A stretch of 64,000 nt of DNA from the NCBI GenBank assembly GCA_963801665.1, contig CAWDFL010000004.1, positions 366,590 through 430,589 of the forward strand, given 5' to 3'. Position numbers and translations under genes: made by a program. The stretch is from an uncultured delta proteobacterium. Its GTDB lineage: Bacteria; Desulfobacterota; Binatia; Binatales; Binataceae. Under the pieces are notes generated by a model that had not been told where the DNA came from, ran no database searches, and saw only the letters and a program-made list of their open reading frames with translations. This document shows, piece after piece, positions 63,812-64,000 of this stretch; within the stretch, counting starts at the first letter, position 1, and every line of letters starts with the position of its first letter.

Positions 63812-64000
63812 TCAGAGCATCGCTTCGATCAGGCTGGGGCCCGGCTCCTTGAGCGCGCGTTCCAGATGCTTCACGAGGTCATCGGCGGTCTCGACGCGAA
63901 CGCCCGGCACTCCGAGGCCGCGCGCGAGATCGGTCCATCGGATTTCTGGCGGATGCAACTCGGTCAGGCTGCGCGCTTGCCGTCCCGGCTCGGTGTTGCC
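63812..64000 (-). CDS. thiamine-diphosphate-dependent enzyme, C-terminal 62 aa (gene starts beyond the right edge)
   Basis: Minus-strand translation reads ..WTDLARGLGVPGVRVETADDLVKHLERALKEPGPSLIEAML, stop at 63814-63812. This is a typical C-terminus of the acetolactate-synthase / benzoylformate-decarboxylase family. Confidence 0.6.
   Translation of the reverse strand, partial: GNTEPGRQARSLTELHPPEIRWTDLARGLGVPGVRVETADDLVKHLERALKEPGPSLIEAML

Noticed and set aside
1-64000. CRISPR arrays, tRNA/rRNA genes, IS elements with transposases, integrases, prophage genes
   Set aside because: I scanned all intergenic spacers longer than 100 nt by eye. I found no regularly spaced repeats, no tRNA T-arm/acceptor pattern, and no transposase or integrase-like ORF. 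A tRNAscan/Infernal run would be needed to be certain.

Overview
64 kb of a high-GC chromosome (roughly two-thirds G+C by eye) from a Gram-negative bacterium (lpxA, pdxJ and Ccm system I are present). The lineage cannot be fixed from sequence alone; my guess, inference only, is an uncultured deltaproteobacterium-like (Desulfobacterota/Binatota-type) organism. I can support about 65 protein genes and found no rRNA, tRNA or CRISPR. Most of the window is housekeeping: mnmA plus a cysteine desulfurase, cysE-cimA-lysC, tsaE, nnr, pdxJ, the tilS-ftsH-folP-cdaA-cdaR-glmM block, a complete ccmE-F-H-(x)-A-B-C-D cytochrome c maturation cluster with a Cys-type CcmE, lpxA, yacG, glgB, a sigma-54/two-component cluster, and an acyl-CoA dehydrogenase / LLM oxidoreductase block. 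Lower-GC accessory islets carry lipoproteins, hicAB, MNT/HEPN, a decayed NUDIX gene and a DUF4325-like gene. The best candidate for an undescribed system is a tightly packed minus-strand operon at 38.8-45.6 kb. It encodes an FHA protein, a MotA/ExbB-like channel protein, two tandem ExbD/TolR-like paralogues with an unrecognised C-terminal domain, a zinc-ribbon-FHA protein, a PP2C phosphatase, a Ser/Thr kinase and a small lipoprotein. The second notable item is a family of GC-rich hairpin repeats (GTCATTCC...GGAATCC). It occurs once as a bare inverted doublet and once, in the same inverted arrangement, bracketing a small GIY-YIG nuclease gene, which is a REP/RAYT-like architecture built around a different nuclease. 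There are eight single-base frame disruptions in seven genes, so assembly indels must be excluded before any of them is called a pseudogene. Many long ORFs in the supplied track are antisense artefacts of the high GC content.
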